Source of the DNA: Felis catus
Lineage: Eukaryota
Length of the DNA: 64,000 nucleotides
Assembly: GCF_018350175.1 (NCBI RefSeq)
Contig: NC_058368.1
Location: 7,316,001-7,380,000 of the forward strand
Reading direction: 5' to 3'
Shown: piece after piece, positions 1-13,066 of the stretch
How the letters are laid out: each line of letters opens with the position of its first letter
Numbering within the stretch: position 1 is the stretch's first letter
Notes under the pieces: generated by a model
Database searches by the model: none
Told to the model about the DNA's origin: nothing
Seen by the model: only the letters and a program-made list of their open reading frames with translations
Made by a program: the position numbers and the translations under genes

Positions 1-548
1 CGATAAAGAAGATTTGTACATATATATATATATATATACAATGGAGTACTACTCGGCAATGAGAAAGAATGAAATCCTGCCATTTGCAGCAACGTGGATG
101 GAACTGGAGGGTACTACGCTAAATGAAATAAGTCAGAGAAAGATGGATACCGTATATTTTCACTCATATGTGGAACTTGAGAAACTTAACAGAAGACCAT
201 GGGGGAAGGGAAGGAAAAAAATTATTTACAGAGAGGGAGACGAACCATAAGAGACTCTTAAATACAGAGAACAAACTGAGGGTTGATGGGGGTGGAGGGG
301 CATGGAGAATGGATGATGGGCATTGAGGAGGGCACTTGTTAGGATGAGCACTGGGCATTGTATGTAAGTGATGTATCACAGGAGTCTACTCCTGAAGCCA
401 AGAGCACACTGTATACACTGTGTGTGAGCCAACTTGACAGTAAGTTATATATATATAAGTTATATATATATAAGTTATATATATATATATGTATATAACT
501 ATAACATATTTATATATATAATTTAAAAATATATATAAGTTAAAAATA
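1..548 (+). mobile_element. Carnivore L1 3' end with TA-rich degenerate tail
   Basis: ORF2 C-terminal remnant (MEYYSAMRKNEILPFAATWMELE) and carnivore L1 3' UTR (gactcttaaatacagagaacaaactgagggtt), then a TA/A-rich tail at 446-548. Confidence 0.9.
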
Positions 549-1300
549 AACAGAGTAATGTCTCAGAATATGATTGATAAGTATGTTTTCTGGGGTTTTT
601 TTTTTTCAAAATCTTGCTAAAAAGTACACAAATAATACAGACTCACTCTAGAAAAAATAGAAAATACAGAAAGCAAACAAAAAAAAATTAAAATCACCCA
701 GAAACTCCTCTTACCATCTTGATAACACCCGTCCAAATGTTTTCCTGGGTAATACACACATGCAAAGAAATCTGAAATAAAAATTATCCAATATACGCTG
801 TACCCATTTTCTTAGGATAAAGTAGAGTTTTTAGGTCAGCAGGTATGTCTTCTTTTGAGGGCTGTTTGTCATGTTGCCAAATTGTCCTAAAGAAGTGTTC
901 TTTCAGTTTCAGTCCCCATTAGCAGAGCAAAGAGTACTCCTTTCTCTACTCTCTTACTAACTAATGGCTAGAAATATATTTATCAGAGTTGGGTTCATTA
1001 GTATTTCTTAGAATAAGAGTGCATTTGAACATTTTAAATGCAGATACAGCTCGTCATTTTGTCTTTAACTTTCAGTGTGTTTCCCCTTCATATACAAAGT
1101 TTCTTTTTAATTTTTACCTGCTCAAAACTGTCAGCCACGTTGTTGTCGTTGGTTGTTTTAATCTAAAAAAACTTCTCCCCCGTTTTGGCATTCTGTGTTT
1201 CAAAAGCTGTTCTTTCCACAAGATCACATATGTGGAATAAACTGAGTTTTAAGAATTCAGTCGTGTGACTACCTCTCGACTCTGTTTTTCTCCCCATCAG

Positions 1301-1375
1301 GAAAGCAATTGAAGAATTGCTTAAAGAGGCAAAACGTGGCAAAACAAGAGCAGAAACGATGGGACCTATGGGTTG
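1301..1375 (+). CDS. POLR1D: POLR1D isoform-2 internal coding exon (KAIEELLKEAKRGKTRAETMGPMG[W]), phase 2 at both ends
   Basis: Polypyrimidine tract plus CAG acceptor ending at 1300 and GTAAG donor at 1376. The translation matches the recalled human POLR1D isoform 2 sequence and splices in frame (TG|G = Trp) to 19950. Confidence 0.93.
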
Positions 1376-1717
1376 GTAAGTTCTTGAGTGATCTTCCTTA
1401 AAACAGAACAGTAGTCAAGAGAAAGTCTCGGCCGGAGACGTGGATACGTAAATCTGTAGCCGGTGAAAGGAATGTAAAACTGTGGCTGTAGAGGAAATCC
1501 CCCAGAGGCGAGCAGGAGAGTGGGAGCCCTGTTGGGGGCCAGCTCTGGGGACTCTGCGACCCTGAGGAAGAGGGCTGGGGGTATGGAGGGAGAGCATCTG
1601 TGAAGGGTCCGTCATCCCTTTAGATCACAGATCCCTAGTGGATATGTAGATCTACTGCCCAAAGGCGCCATGTGAGAGTAATGTTGTATCAGTGTTCATT
1701 GTTTAAGGATCTCTGTT

Positions 1718-1880
1718 TAGTTTTGGTTTTTGTTTCTTTTTATTTATTTTGAGAGAGAGAGGGAGACAGAATCCCAAGTGGGCTCTGTAGGGCTCAATCC
1801 CGTCAGCTGAACCGTGAGATCATGGCCTGGGCTGAAATCAAGAGTGTGACGCTTAACCGACTGAGCCATCCAGGCGCCCC
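1718..1880 (-). mobile_element. CAN/SINEC SINE
   Basis: SINE head on the - strand, with TSD aaggatctctgtt at 1705 and 1881. Confidence 0.9.
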
Positions 1881-2689
1881 AAGGATCTCTGTTGTAATTA
1901 TAGCCCTTGGCAAGTTGAAATTTATTTTTAAAATTCTACTCGTAAGTATTTCGACTATGTGACAGTTCAGCTGGGGAGAACTTAAGTTGCCTTTGCAGTT
2001 TCTATATAAAATAGAGCTTTAAAACTTAAAGTTTAGAAACAAAAGGGGAATTTACCCTTAAGAATTTAATCCTAAGCATTTTTAAGCTTCACTTTAGCAA
2101 TAACATAGGCATTCATGTGTTAAATATGCTGAGTTTAGATCTTTTATCTAGAATTTAAAATCCGCAACAATGGAGGATTGTGGGTGATTAAGAAAAGAGT
2201 CGAATCTAAAAATGAGGAGAAAAACTAGGCTTCAGAACACACCTCATTCTGTAGATTTGACTCTTAGAACCATGCACGTGATTTACGTGAAATGTAAAAC
2301 AAAGTTAAGTAAATAAAGGGAAAAGTCAATCCTTAAAAATCAAGCAAAATAAAACAAATAGACCTGAAAAGCCATTTAGTGAATGACTTAGCCGCACATA
2401 AAGGAACTACTGTGCGTGATCTGAAACGTGACTACATTTTGAAAAGAACTGCCAGGAAATCTTAAATTGTTTTCCATCCTCATGTTGTCAAAAATATGAT
2501 GTTGTTATTCGGAAAATATTATGTAACGGGATAAAGCAAATATTTGCCTGCTCTAAATACCAAGATGTCCAGCGTCAAAGGGGTGCAAATGTAACATCAA
2601 AGTAAAAAACCTATAATCCTAAATTCGAATTGGAAATATCAGTACAAAGCCATGCTTTAGAGAGATAACTGACTGCAGATCTGAAGCAG

Positions 2690-3328
2690 TGTCTGGGCTT
2701 CACCAAACTGCAAGGTAGAGGTCACAGTCACCAAGACTGCCCTCACTTCTTACACCACCTGCAAACTCAGGGAGTTCCCAACGTACCCTCAGCTTCCTTA
2801 AGTCACTGATGAATCCCTACAATTCACAGAAAACTGTGAGACTCACAGTTACGGCTTACTACAGGGAAAGAACACAGATACGGATCAGCCAAAGTGAGGG
2901 GCATAAAGGGTATTGTCTGAGAGGGTTCCAGACATGAAGCTTCTGTTGTCCTCTCCCCATAGAGTCAGCATTAAGGTGTGACAGTATACGTGGCATATCG
3001 TCATCAGGGAAGCTCACCCAGGCCTCGGTATGCAGAGTTTTTATTGGGATTTCATTACTTAGGCATGATTGATTGCTCATGTGGTTGGCCTCAGTGTCGA
3101 GGTTAACCAAGACCCCGTGACCCAAAGTTCCCGCCCAAAATCACATGGTTGGGGGGTTTTGGCAGGGCCAGCTTGCGCTCTAAGACCATCAGGCATGGCC
3201 TGCCCCATCCTAAGATCCACTCTAGACAAAGACATTTCTGTCCGGCGTGTGACATTACCTCCTAGAATTGAGATCCCCTCCCAGAAGTCCGCCCTCTCTG
3301 TGGGCAAGGTTACACTGTTACTACACAG
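2690..3328 (-). mobile_element. MER21-like LTR
   Basis: Motifs caagactgccctcacttc and actcacagttacggcttactacagggaaag resemble the recalled MER21 family. Confidence 0.6.
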
Positions 3329-3731
3329 ACAGGGAACGTATAAGACGATCCGGAGAATCTTGTCACACGAGAAAGCAGAGAAACACTCGAAGACTACTGT
3401 AGTGATGGCCGAAAGACTCAGGAAACAACTTGAAACCCCTCCCGCCAGATGGGGTAATTTGATCACCAAGAAGAATAAAGCTATAAAGACCGAGATACCT
3501 CAACTGTGTTCAGATCCACAAGGTCATAATGACAATCACAACAAGAAACTTAGCGGTCCCGTTTGGAGAATGCTGTGGAACCAAATCATTGTCCATAAAA
3601 TTGGCAAAGAGAGAGGAAGAATAAGACATTTATCCTGTTCCCTGTACACATTGTGCTACGGGGTTACCAAGTCATTGATGAAAGAAAACTCCCCTGTGGA
3701 ACTGCAACTATTAAATGTAAAAGGACATCGT

Positions 3732-3945
3732 GGGGTGCCTGGGTGGTTCAGTCGGGTCGGTTTAGCGACTGACTCTTGATTTCCGCGCGGGTCATGATCC
3801 CACGGTTGGTGAGTTCGAGCCCCACATCGGGCTCCACACTGTGACAGTGCTTGGGATTCTTTCTTCTTTCCCTCCCTCTCTGCCCCTCCTGTACATTCTC
3901 TCTCTCTCTCTCAAAACAAATAAATAAACTTAAAAAAAATTTTTT
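3732..3945 (+). mobile_element. CAN/SINEC SINE
   Basis: ggggtgcctgggtggttcagtcgg head, (CT)n and A-rich tail. Confidence 0.9.
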
Positions 3946-4101
3946 TAATATAAAAGAATGCTAGAATAAGATCACCATTTGAATTCTTAGCAACTCAGTA
4001 AGAAAACGAACAATCCAATTTAAAAATAGGCAAAAGATCTGAACAAACACATCATTGAAAATGATACAGGGTTGGCCAATCAGCATATAAAGAGATGCTC
4101 A

Positions 4102-4191
4102 CTGCTTCAGCGGTGTCTCTCCCTCTTTCTTTGCCCCTCCCCCACACACACTCTGTGTCTCTCTCCTTCAAAAATAAACAAACATTAAAAA
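4102..4191 (+). mobile_element. 5'-truncated CAN SINE
   Basis: SINE 3' half only, with TSD aaagagatgctca at 4089 and 4192. Confidence 0.8.
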
Positions 4192-4537
4192 AAAGAGATG
4201 CTCAAATCATTAGTTATGAGGAAAATGCAAATGAAAACATCAGTTAGTTACCACCACTAGGGATGCACTAAAGTATCCAAAATAAAAATTAAAAAAGGCT
4301 GACAGTCCCAAATAAAGACGAGGACGTGGCACAACTAAAATGCTCACACACTGTTGGCAGAAATGTAAGATCATACAGCCATTGTGAAACATAGTTGGCA
4401 GTTTCTTATAAATACTCACCACAGAGACTTCTTCTAACCAATTACCAGAGAATTGAAAACTCAGGCACCCACACAAATGCGCCCAGTAATGTTTATGGCG
4501 CTTTTATTCATGATGGCTCAAAACTGGAAACAACCGA

Positions 4538-4766
4538 GGGGCCCCTGGGTGGCTCAGTCGGTTAAGCGTCCAACTTGGGCTCAGGTCATGATCTCGTGGA
4601 TCGTGAGTTCGAGCCCCGCGTTGGGCTCTGTGCTGACAGCTCGGAGCCTGGAGCCTGCTTCGGATTCTGTGTCTCCCTCTCTCTCTGCCCCTCCCCTGCT
4701 CGCGCTCTCTCTCTCTCTGTCTTTCAAAAATGAGTAAACATTTAAAAATAAATAAATGAGTAAATG
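4538..4766 (+). mobile_element. Feline CAN SINE
   Basis: Full head, body and tail, with TSD aaaactggaaacaac. Confidence 0.95.
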
Positions 4767-5184
4767 AAAACTGGAAACAACTGAAATGTCCACTGACTAA
4801 TGAACAGATAAACAAATCGTGGTTCTAGCAAGTACATTCAGCACTCCTTGATAATAAAGAGGATGAGAAATAACACACAGCAGGGCTGAATCCCAGGAGC
4901 CTGCCAAGTGAAAGAAGCCAGACACAAAACCGTACATAGTGTAAGATTCCATTTATGTGGCCTTCTAGAAAACCCAGAACGATAGGGACCGAAAGCAGGT
5001 CACTGGTTGCCAGGACATGGGGACAGAAGGAAGGGGTTAAGTGCAGAACTTGGTGGGTGACAGAAACGCGCTACGTCTTGATCGACCTCGTACATTTGTC
5101 AAAACTCTTAACGCTGTTTACTTAAAAGGATAAATTTTATTCTGTGTGCATTCTGTCTCGTAAACCCAATTTTAAAAGAAAAAG

Positions 5185-5822
5185 AATGGCATCATTTGCA
5201 ATCCCTAAGGACGCACTGGACCTAGGCAAAGGTCACTGGCCGCTACACTGACCAGATGCGGACTTGCTGGGGACCATTCTGGGACAGGTCAGGCGGACCC
5301 ACACCTGAACTCACGGACCCGTCTTCATGCTGAGAAAAGATGCGGAAAACCAGGCCACTACTTAGGAGACATCCTTGTCAAAGAGATTGAACCCCAATCT
5401 GATCCCATCTCCAGTCAGAACTACTAGCTTGCACAAAATACAGAGGCCAGAGGAACACATTAACTGACACTACAGGAATAAAATCACAAAAGTCCAATGT
5501 GGGGAATTCTACAGGACAAACAGCCCAATTCCCTTTAACAAAACACTTGCAGAGAAAAGGAGAGGAATCCTATGAACTAATAGACTTGAGACACGCCAAA
5601 TAAAATGTATACCTTGTTTGGATCCTTATCCAAACTAACTATAAAAAGACATTTATGGGGCACCTGGGTGGCTCAATCGGTTGAGCATCTGACTTTGGTT
5701 CAGGTCACGATCTCACGGTTCGTGGGTTCGAGCCCCACGTCAGGCTCTGTGCCGACAGCTCAGAGCCTGGAGCCTGCTTTGGATTCTGTGTCTCCCTCTC
5801 TCTCTGCCCCTCCCCTGCTTGT

Positions 5823-5868
<46 letters not shown>

Positions 5869-6060
5869 AAAAATAAACGAACATTTAAAAATTTTTTTAA
5901 AAAGACATTTATGAAACAGTTGGGGTAGTTGATGACATTAAGTAATTAATATTGATTTTTTTAGGTGTGATAATGGTTTTGCTGTTACTTCATTTTTCAG
6001 AAGATATTATCTTTTAGAAATTGATTGTGATGTATTTATGGTTGAAATGATACAAAATGA
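5185..6060 (+). mobile_element. L1MC4-like 3' UTR fragments (interrupted by a SINE)
   Basis: Motifs such as atgtggggaattctacaggacaaa and ttaggtgtgataatggt. Confidence 0.55.
5657..5897 (+). mobile_element. Feline CAN SINE
   Basis: Full element with TSD aaaaagacatttatg. Confidence 0.95.
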
Positions 6061-6639
6061 AGTAATCCAGCGTGAGTCAATCTGTATGTCACATATGGAA
6101 TCATCTTAGATTCAGTAAAATACCCACTTCCTAGAAGGATAGTTACTCAAATTGGTGAGATAAAGTGGACAGAAATATTCTGCATGGTTCCTGGCGTGGA
6201 GCAGTCAGTCAGAGTTATTAGATCTGCTCTTATATTCTTTCCAGCCCTCTGTCCTTTACAGAGATAAGGTGCCTCTTCTAAAGTGAATCAGATTAGTACA
6301 GGTTTTGTTAGGGGCAGGCCACTTTGGTGTTTGGTATAAGGCAAGACTGTGATCAGGTTGACTGTAGCCGCTGGTCCAATCTCATACCTTCAGTGAGAGA
6401 ATCAGTACGGAGCTAAATCATGAATTCAGATGGCCCGACAAGTGAGTATGAAAATATCAGTCAGGGCTCTTGCTATGTTCGCAATGTTCAAGGGCATAAG
6501 TTCTTTCTAGGCAGCTCTCCAAATAGAAGTCGTTTATCCTGACAACCTTTCTGCCACTTACTGACTCGGTAGAACTTTTCGATAGTGAGAGAACTGGTTT
6601 ATCAGTGTCAGCTCCATTTTCCCTGGAGAGAGTTACCCC

Positions 6640-7075
6640 ACGCGCGGGTCATCTTGACGTTTGTGGGAGGAAGGATGTGCCCATTGGGTGTTACACCAGT
6701 TAGGCTGGCAGTTCCCCAGAGTTGTCAAGGACCCAGGTTCTTTCCAGTTTTCGAAATCTTCCAACCACAGAGTGTGATTCTTTTCCACATGGTCTAGTAT
6801 TGGCCCACTCCATTTCACTTAGCAGAAAGGAAGGAAGAAGCCACGCCCCCCCGTCCCTTTAAGGACACTGCCCAGAAGTTGTGTCCATCATTTCCGCCAT
6901 TTCTACATGTACTCCACTGGCCAGAATTTTGTTCCATGCCTTCACCAACTACAAGGTCAGGAATTCGGTCTTTGTTTTGCTCCAGGTAGTCAGGTGCCAG
7001 ATAAATATCTGGGGTTCGTTTACTCTAGAAAAAAGGAAGGATGGATAGTCAGGGACAGTTGACAGCCTCTTCCCA
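6640..7075 (-). mobile_element. MaLR LTR (MLT1-like), degraded
   Basis: ccctttaagga...cccagaagttg...ccactggccagaa motifs typical of MLT1. Confidence 0.55.
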
Positions 7076-7122
7076 TGAAGGAAGCAGAAGCATGTTGAAA
7101 AGGGAGTAAAGGGTGGGAGGCT

Positions 7123-7293
7123 GGGGCGCCTGGGTGGCTCAGTCGGTTAAGCATCTGACTTCAGCTCAGGTCATGATCTCATGGTTTGTGGGTTCGAGCC
7201 CCGCGTCGGGCTCTGTGCTGACAGCTCGGAGCCTGGAGCCTGCTTCCGATTCTGTGTCTCCATCTCTCTCTCTCTGCCCCTCCTCCACTCACG

Positions 7294-7351
<58 letters not shown>

Positions 7352-7384
7352 AATAAATAAAGAAATCTTAAAAAAAAAAAAAAA
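7123..7384 (+). mobile_element. Feline CAN SINE with expanded (CT)n
   Basis: Head, body, long (CT)n and poly-A. Confidence 0.95.
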
Positions 7385-7529
7385 GATGGCAGGCAAAGCG
7401 AAACATTCCAGACTTGTAACAGATGGGTCCTGGGAGAATAGGGCTTGAAACATGTTAAGTTCCCATTAGTCTACAGGACAAGAATTCTTGCTGACATTGA
7501 TGACATTTTTTTTCAGTTGTCTTAATAAC

Positions 7530-8365
7530 GGTGATCCTGAGCCGTTTTAGTTTTAGGGTCCTTTTATACTCTTAGGAACTATTGAGGACCCCAAAAAAAT
7601 TTTTTGGTGGATTATATCTATCAATGTTGACTGTATTTGAAGTTTAAATTGAGCAATTTAAAAGGATTTATTTATTCATTTAAAAAATGATAATAAGCCC
7701 ATTACATGTTAAAAGGAAATAATATGCCTTTTATAAAAATAACTACATTTGTGGGAAAAAAATACTGAGAGTGATATTGTTTAATATTTTTGCAAACCTC
7801 CCTCATGTCTGACTTATAAAAGACGCTTGGAAGTTCGTCTGCTTCTACAACCTGTTGTTTTGCTTGAAGTATTTGAAGAAAATCCAACCTCACACAAATA
7901 TATGCCCAGAAAAGCAAGAAGTATTTCAGTAGCCTTTCCAGAAAATTATGGTATTCTTTAATCCTCCGTCAAAATTTTGCAAGTAACCTCAGCGAGTAGT
8001 AGATTCTTAACCTTCTTTTTAATAATGCAGACTTTTCATATTCCGTCATAATAAAATCGCTTGGTCTCCCTTGCACTTTAACTGGATCTTCTCCCCATAC
8101 ATGATTCTGTAACATCCTTCATGAGCCATCTCAAAAAGGTTGGCTCATGAGTCGTCTTCTAATGACAACACATTATATAATACTTAAAAAATACATTTAT
8201 AAATATCACCACTAATCTCATCAGAGAGTCTTTTAAATGTTGGGAACCTGTCAAGTTCCCAGTTTTCCAAAAATCTAATTTTCTTTCACTTGAAAACTCC
8301 AGTTTTATCATTGGCAATGAATCCTGCAAGCTATTTTCCTTGAATTGACAGGCTCACTCACCTCT
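7530..8365 (+). mobile_element. Old hAT DNA transposon (Arthur1-like)
   Basis: attgaggaccccaaa...gattatatctatcaat...cccattacatgttaa...gaagaaaatccaacctcacaca match a recalled hAT-Tip100 consensus. Confidence 0.55.
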
Positions 8366-8579
8366 GAATAACCAGCTAGTTCACACGCAACTCAAACATT
8401 CACGTAGGTTCTTTTCCTGGAGGCAGCTTCTGGTCCAGCACAGCCTGGCAGCCATGGGCTATGCAAAGAGGTCTGACTGAAGGACAGCCACGACTTGCTT
8501 CTATTCCCTGGTGCTGGCACAGCGAACATCTTCCCCATCAGGCTCATCCTGGGAGAACATCTGGTTTTCCCTCTGTTTA

Positions 8580-8581
<2 letters not shown>

Positions 8582-8628
<47 letters not shown>
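8582..8628. repeat. (TG)n microsatellite
   Basis: Direct reading. Confidence 0.98.
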
Positions 8629-8633
<5 letters not shown>

Positions 8634-8654
8634 AAAAACTTTTAACCACTAATG

Positions 8655-8826
8655 CACTGGTTCCCAAACTCATCTGCACATTTGAAATCATCTGGAAAGC
8701 TTCCCAAATTACTAATGTCTATGTCCCGCCACCAAAAATGATGAGTTTGCGGATGGCCTGAGCCAAAGGGTTTCAAAAAAGATACCCAGGTGATCCTAAA
8801 GTGCACACAAATTTGAAAACCACTCT
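8655..8826. mobile_element. MER5A-like hAT-Charlie element
   Basis: cactggttcccaaact...ccaggtgatcctaa...tttgaaaaccact termini. Confidence 0.7.
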
Positions 8827-8859
8827 ACCAGTCCCTATTTATTAAAAAGAACGGAACCA

Positions 8860-9085
8860 GGGCGCCTGGGTGGCTCAGTTGGTTGGGCAGCCGACTTCGG
8901 CTCAGGTCATGATCTCACAGCTTGTGAGTTCGAGCCCCGCGTCGGGCTCTGTGCTGACGGCTCGGAGCCTGGAGCCTGTTTCGGATTCTGTGTCTCCCTC
9001 TCTCTGCCCCTCCCCTGCTCATGCTCTGTCTCTCTCTGTCTCAAAAATAAATAAACGTTAAAAAAAATTTTTTTTAATAAAAAAT
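8860..9085 (+). mobile_element. Feline CAN SINE
   Basis: Full element with TSD taaaaagaacggaacca. Confidence 0.95.
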
Positions 9086-9309
9086 AAAAAGAACGGAACC
9101 ATCCTGCAGGTAGAATTCACACCTCTCCCACGGGCAGACAGCACCAGAGCACTTGGATAGCCAGCCCAGCCACGGGAGCCCCAAGTTCCATCTCTGTCAA
9201 GCAGACCTTCTTGGACAGATCTTAAAGGAGTAGACAATCTGTTGCTGACTAGTGGGCCATGGTTTGTTTTTCTAAGCATCTAGAAGGCCTTTATATTTGC
9301 TTAATATAT

Positions 9310-9919
9310 TTTATTTTAATTTTTTTTAATTTTATTTTAGTTAATATACAGTGCAGTATTGGCCACAGAAGTTGAATTCAGTGATTCACCACTTACAACA
9401 CCCAGTGCTCATCACAGCAAGTGCCCTTCTTAAGACTCATCACCCATCTAGCACACCTCTCACCCCACTCCCTCCATCAACCCTCAGTTTGCTCTCTATC
9501 GTTAAGAGTCTCTTGTGGTTTGTTTCCCTTTCATTCCCCCATCCTCCCCTTATGTTCATCTGTTTCCTTTCTTTTTTTTTAATGTTTATTTATTTTGAGA
9601 GAGTGTGTGTGCGAGCAGGGGAGGTGCAGAGAGAGGGAGAGAGAGAATCCCACACAGGCTCCATGCTGTCAGCACAGAGCCCGATATGGGGCTCGAACCC
9701 ACAAACAGTGGGATCATGACCTGAGCTGAAACGAAAAGTTGGACGCTTAACCAACCAAGCCACCCAGGTGCCCCTCATCTGTTTGGTTTCTTAAATTCCA
9801 CATGAGTGAAATCATATATTTGTCTTTCTCTGACTGACTGACTTCACTTAGCATAATATATTCTAACTCCAGCCACATCATTACAAATGGCAAGACTTCA
9901 TTTTTTTGGTGGCTGAATA

Positions 9920-9970
<51 letters not shown>

Positions 9971-11632
9971 TGGGTGTGTACCCATAGTTTGACTATTGTT
10001 GACGGTGCTGCTGTAAACAGCGGGGTACATGTACCCCCTTTGAAGCTGTATTTTTGTATCCTTTGGGTAAATACTTAATAATGCAATTGCTGGATCACAG
10101 AGTAGTTCTGTTTTTAGTTGTTTTTGTTTGTTTGTTTCGTTTTTTGTTTTTGGAACCTCCATACTCTTCTCCAGATTGGCTGCATCAGTTTTCATTCCCA
10201 CCAACAGTGCAAGACGGTTCCCCTGTCGCCACATCCTCGCCAACACCTGTTCTTCCTTGAGTTAATTGTAGCCATTCTGACAGGCGTAAGGTGGTTCCTC
10301 GTCATGGTTTTGGTTTGTACTTCCCTGACTGTGAGTGATGTTGAGCATATTTTCATGTGTCTCTTAGCCATCTGGATGTCTTCTTTGGAACATTGTCTAT
10401 TCATATCTTCTATCCATTTCTTAACTGGGTTGTTTGTTTTGGGGGGGTGTCGAGTCTAATAAGTTCTTTATAGGTTTTAGATACGAACGCTTTATCAGAT
10501 ACGCCATTTGCAAATATCTTCTCCCATGACACAGGCTGCCTTTTAGTTTTGTTGTTTCCTTTGCTGTGCAGAAGCTTTTTATCTTGACGAGGTCCCAGTA
10601 GTTCATGTTTGCTTTCGTTTCCCTTGCCTTCAGCTAATAAGTTACTCCAGCCAAGGTCAAAGAAGTTGCTGCCCAGTGTTCTTCTCTAGGATTTTGATCG
10701 TTTCCTGTCTCACATTTAGGTCGTTCATCCATTTTGAATTTGTTTTTGTGTATGGTGGAAGAGAGTGGTCCAGTTTCATTCTTTTGCGTGTTGTTGTCTC
10801 GTTTTCCCAACACCATTTGTGGAAGAGACTTTTTTTCACAGAATGTTCTTTCCTGCTTTGTCAAAGATAAATTGACCATGTAGTTGTGGGTCCGTTTCTG
10901 TGTTTTCTATTCTGTTCCATTAATGTGTGTGTCTGTTTTTGTGCCAGGACCATATTGTCCTGATGATGACAGCTTTGTAATATAGCCTGAAATCCGGACT
11001 TGTGATGCCTCTAGTTCTGTTTTTCTTGTTCAGGATTGCTTGGGCTGTTCGGGGTCTTTTGTGGTTCCACACAGACTTTCGGATTGTTTGTTCTAGCTCT
11101 GCAAAGAACGCTGGTGGTATAGGGATTGCATTAAATATGTAGATTGCTTTGGGTGGTATCCACATTTTAACAATACTTGTTCTTCCTATCCATGAGCATG
11201 GAATGTTTTTCCATTTCTTTGTGTTCTCTTCAATTTCTTTCGTAAGTCGTCTATAGTTTTCAGAGTATAGGTCTTTTTCCTCTTTGGTTAGATTTATTCC
11301 TATTGTTTTTGGTGTAACTGCAAATGGGACTGATGCCTTGATTTCTTTTTCTGCCGCTTCATTATTGGTGTATAGAAATGCAGCAGGTTTCTGCACGTTG
11401 ATTTCATATCCTGTGACTGCACTGAGTTCACATATCAGTTCTAGCATTTTTTTTAATCACGTTGATTAAAATTAAGGAATTGAAACGAGTCTTTCGGGTT
11501 TTCTCCATAGGGTCTCGTGTCATCTGCACATAGTGAACGTTGGACTTCTTCTTTGCCGATTTGTATGCCCTTTATGTCTTTTGCTGAGGCTAAGACTTCC
11601 AGTACTATGTTAGATAGTAATGGTGAGAATGG
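9310..11632 (-). mobile_element. 5'-truncated carnivore L1 (ORF2 3' part and 3' UTR), degraded
   Basis: Frameshifted ORF2 remnants in the ORF track ([39 protein letters not shown]) and a T-rich tail near 9310-9340. Confidence 0.95.
9572..9775 (-). mobile_element. CAN SINE nested in L1 3' UTR
   Basis: Head on the - strand, with TSD tcatctgttt. Confidence 0.9.
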
Positions 11633-13066
11633 GCCGTATTTGCCTTAAAATTTAAAATAGCACTAGGTCGCCATTTTTTCCCGTCTTGGACATTCCATGA
11701 AACGATCTTAGCGAGGTCGTTGAGCCATTGCCAGAAAGAGACTGCTGAACTAAAGAAAATGCAGTGGAAATGCCATTTTTTATTTTGTAAAGAAAGAGGC
11801 CATTTGGTGCTCTGTACTTCTGTGCACGTATTTCAGCAAAAGAATCTCTTCAGAAGCTGTTCTTAACAGAGGCCTCAAGGAGGCTGAAATATCGGCCCAT
11901 ATGACTTCCTTTTAGTCAACGTAAAGGAATTTATAGGCACACATTTCAGCAATTTGCACAGCTTCACGGTCTACAAAGCTGTTTTTATTCTGGTCACATT
12001 CACATCAGCTCATCTGTAGCCCAATGTCATTTCTGCGGCGAAGGCTCGCAGGACTTCAGCCTTAGCCTGGGAAAGGCTTATATTCCGGTATAAAAGGTTA
12101 CAAGGATTGAGTGGGACAGAAAATGATTCTTCGGTTTTCTTCACCTGGTTGTTTTAAGGCGAGTGGCACTTTTGGGTGCCTTTCTGTTTTGGCCTGGAGT
12201 CGGTCCGGTGATAAGGTGAAAATTCCTGTACGTCGTTCTTCTGTTGTATGTAGTCAGGTTTATACCAGAAAGCAGATCATTTCTTGAGTCTTTTTGCAGG
12301 CTTTTTTTTTTTTTTTTAATTCACTTGCCTGAGCCCCAACCGGTAGGTATAGTAAGAGGCCGGGCTCAGGCAGCAGTAAAGAAGACTCCCTCCTGGCTTT
12401 AAAGGTGTCAATCCACTGGTGGACACGGACAAGTGAGCAGGTGAGCACAGCTCAGCGGGGAGGGAAGGAAGGGCTCGCATTTCAGAGTGACTCATGGATG
12501 AGGCTCTTGGCAGTAGTTCAGGGCCATGAGATCCAAAGCCTCTACTCTATAGCTAAGACCATGGGGCCCAGAGGAGTTTCCTGAGGCCCCAGCGAGCCAC
12601 TTGCGGACACCTGGGTCCCCACTTGCTTTCTCGTCCCTGGCTGAACACTCGTGTCCTACACTAGCTCTCTTCCGTGGATTGTTGTCCGGCAGGATGCCGA
12701 TGTGTCATACTTCCTGCGCCTTCCTGCCCCAACTTCCCGCATTCCTTCCACATCCAGTTACGAGTGAATCGAGTGAATCGTGAGATCGTGTGAATCGGAG
12801 AGCCCCACGTGCGTTCCCGCTGGGTGAGATCACTGTGGACATGATGTGTGCGGCTCGGGGAGCAGGAAGCCAAGGACAGCAGGCTTGTCACGTATCCCGG
12901 GACACCACCTTTCCCATTCTGGCTTCTGAGGTTTATCGTCACATGCCTCTGTTTCCTCCCAGTGGTCTCCCAACGAGCATAAATACTTGGACAGATAGCC
13001 TGGCCTTTATCTTTGCCGCAGGACCTACCCTGTGCCTTCTCAGACTTTGAAAAATAAATTACCAGC

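Larger units (their letters stand above)
3985..5180 (+). mobile_element. Old L1 (L1MB/MC-like) 3' region interrupted by SINEs
   Basis: L1 ORF2-end and 3' UTR motifs (gcaaaagatctgaaca, aagtgaaagaagccagacacaaaa, gtacatttgtcaaaactc). Confidence 0.75.

Noticed and set aside
3069..3779. 236-aa ORF, the longest in the track
   Set aside because: It runs across an LTR, old L1 sequence and a SINE head, has a non-ATG start and shows no recognisable domain, so it is a chance open frame.
10920..11447. 175-aa ORF with reverse-transcriptase-region similarity
   Set aside because: Fragment of a truncated, frameshifted L1 ORF2, not a gene or an active element.
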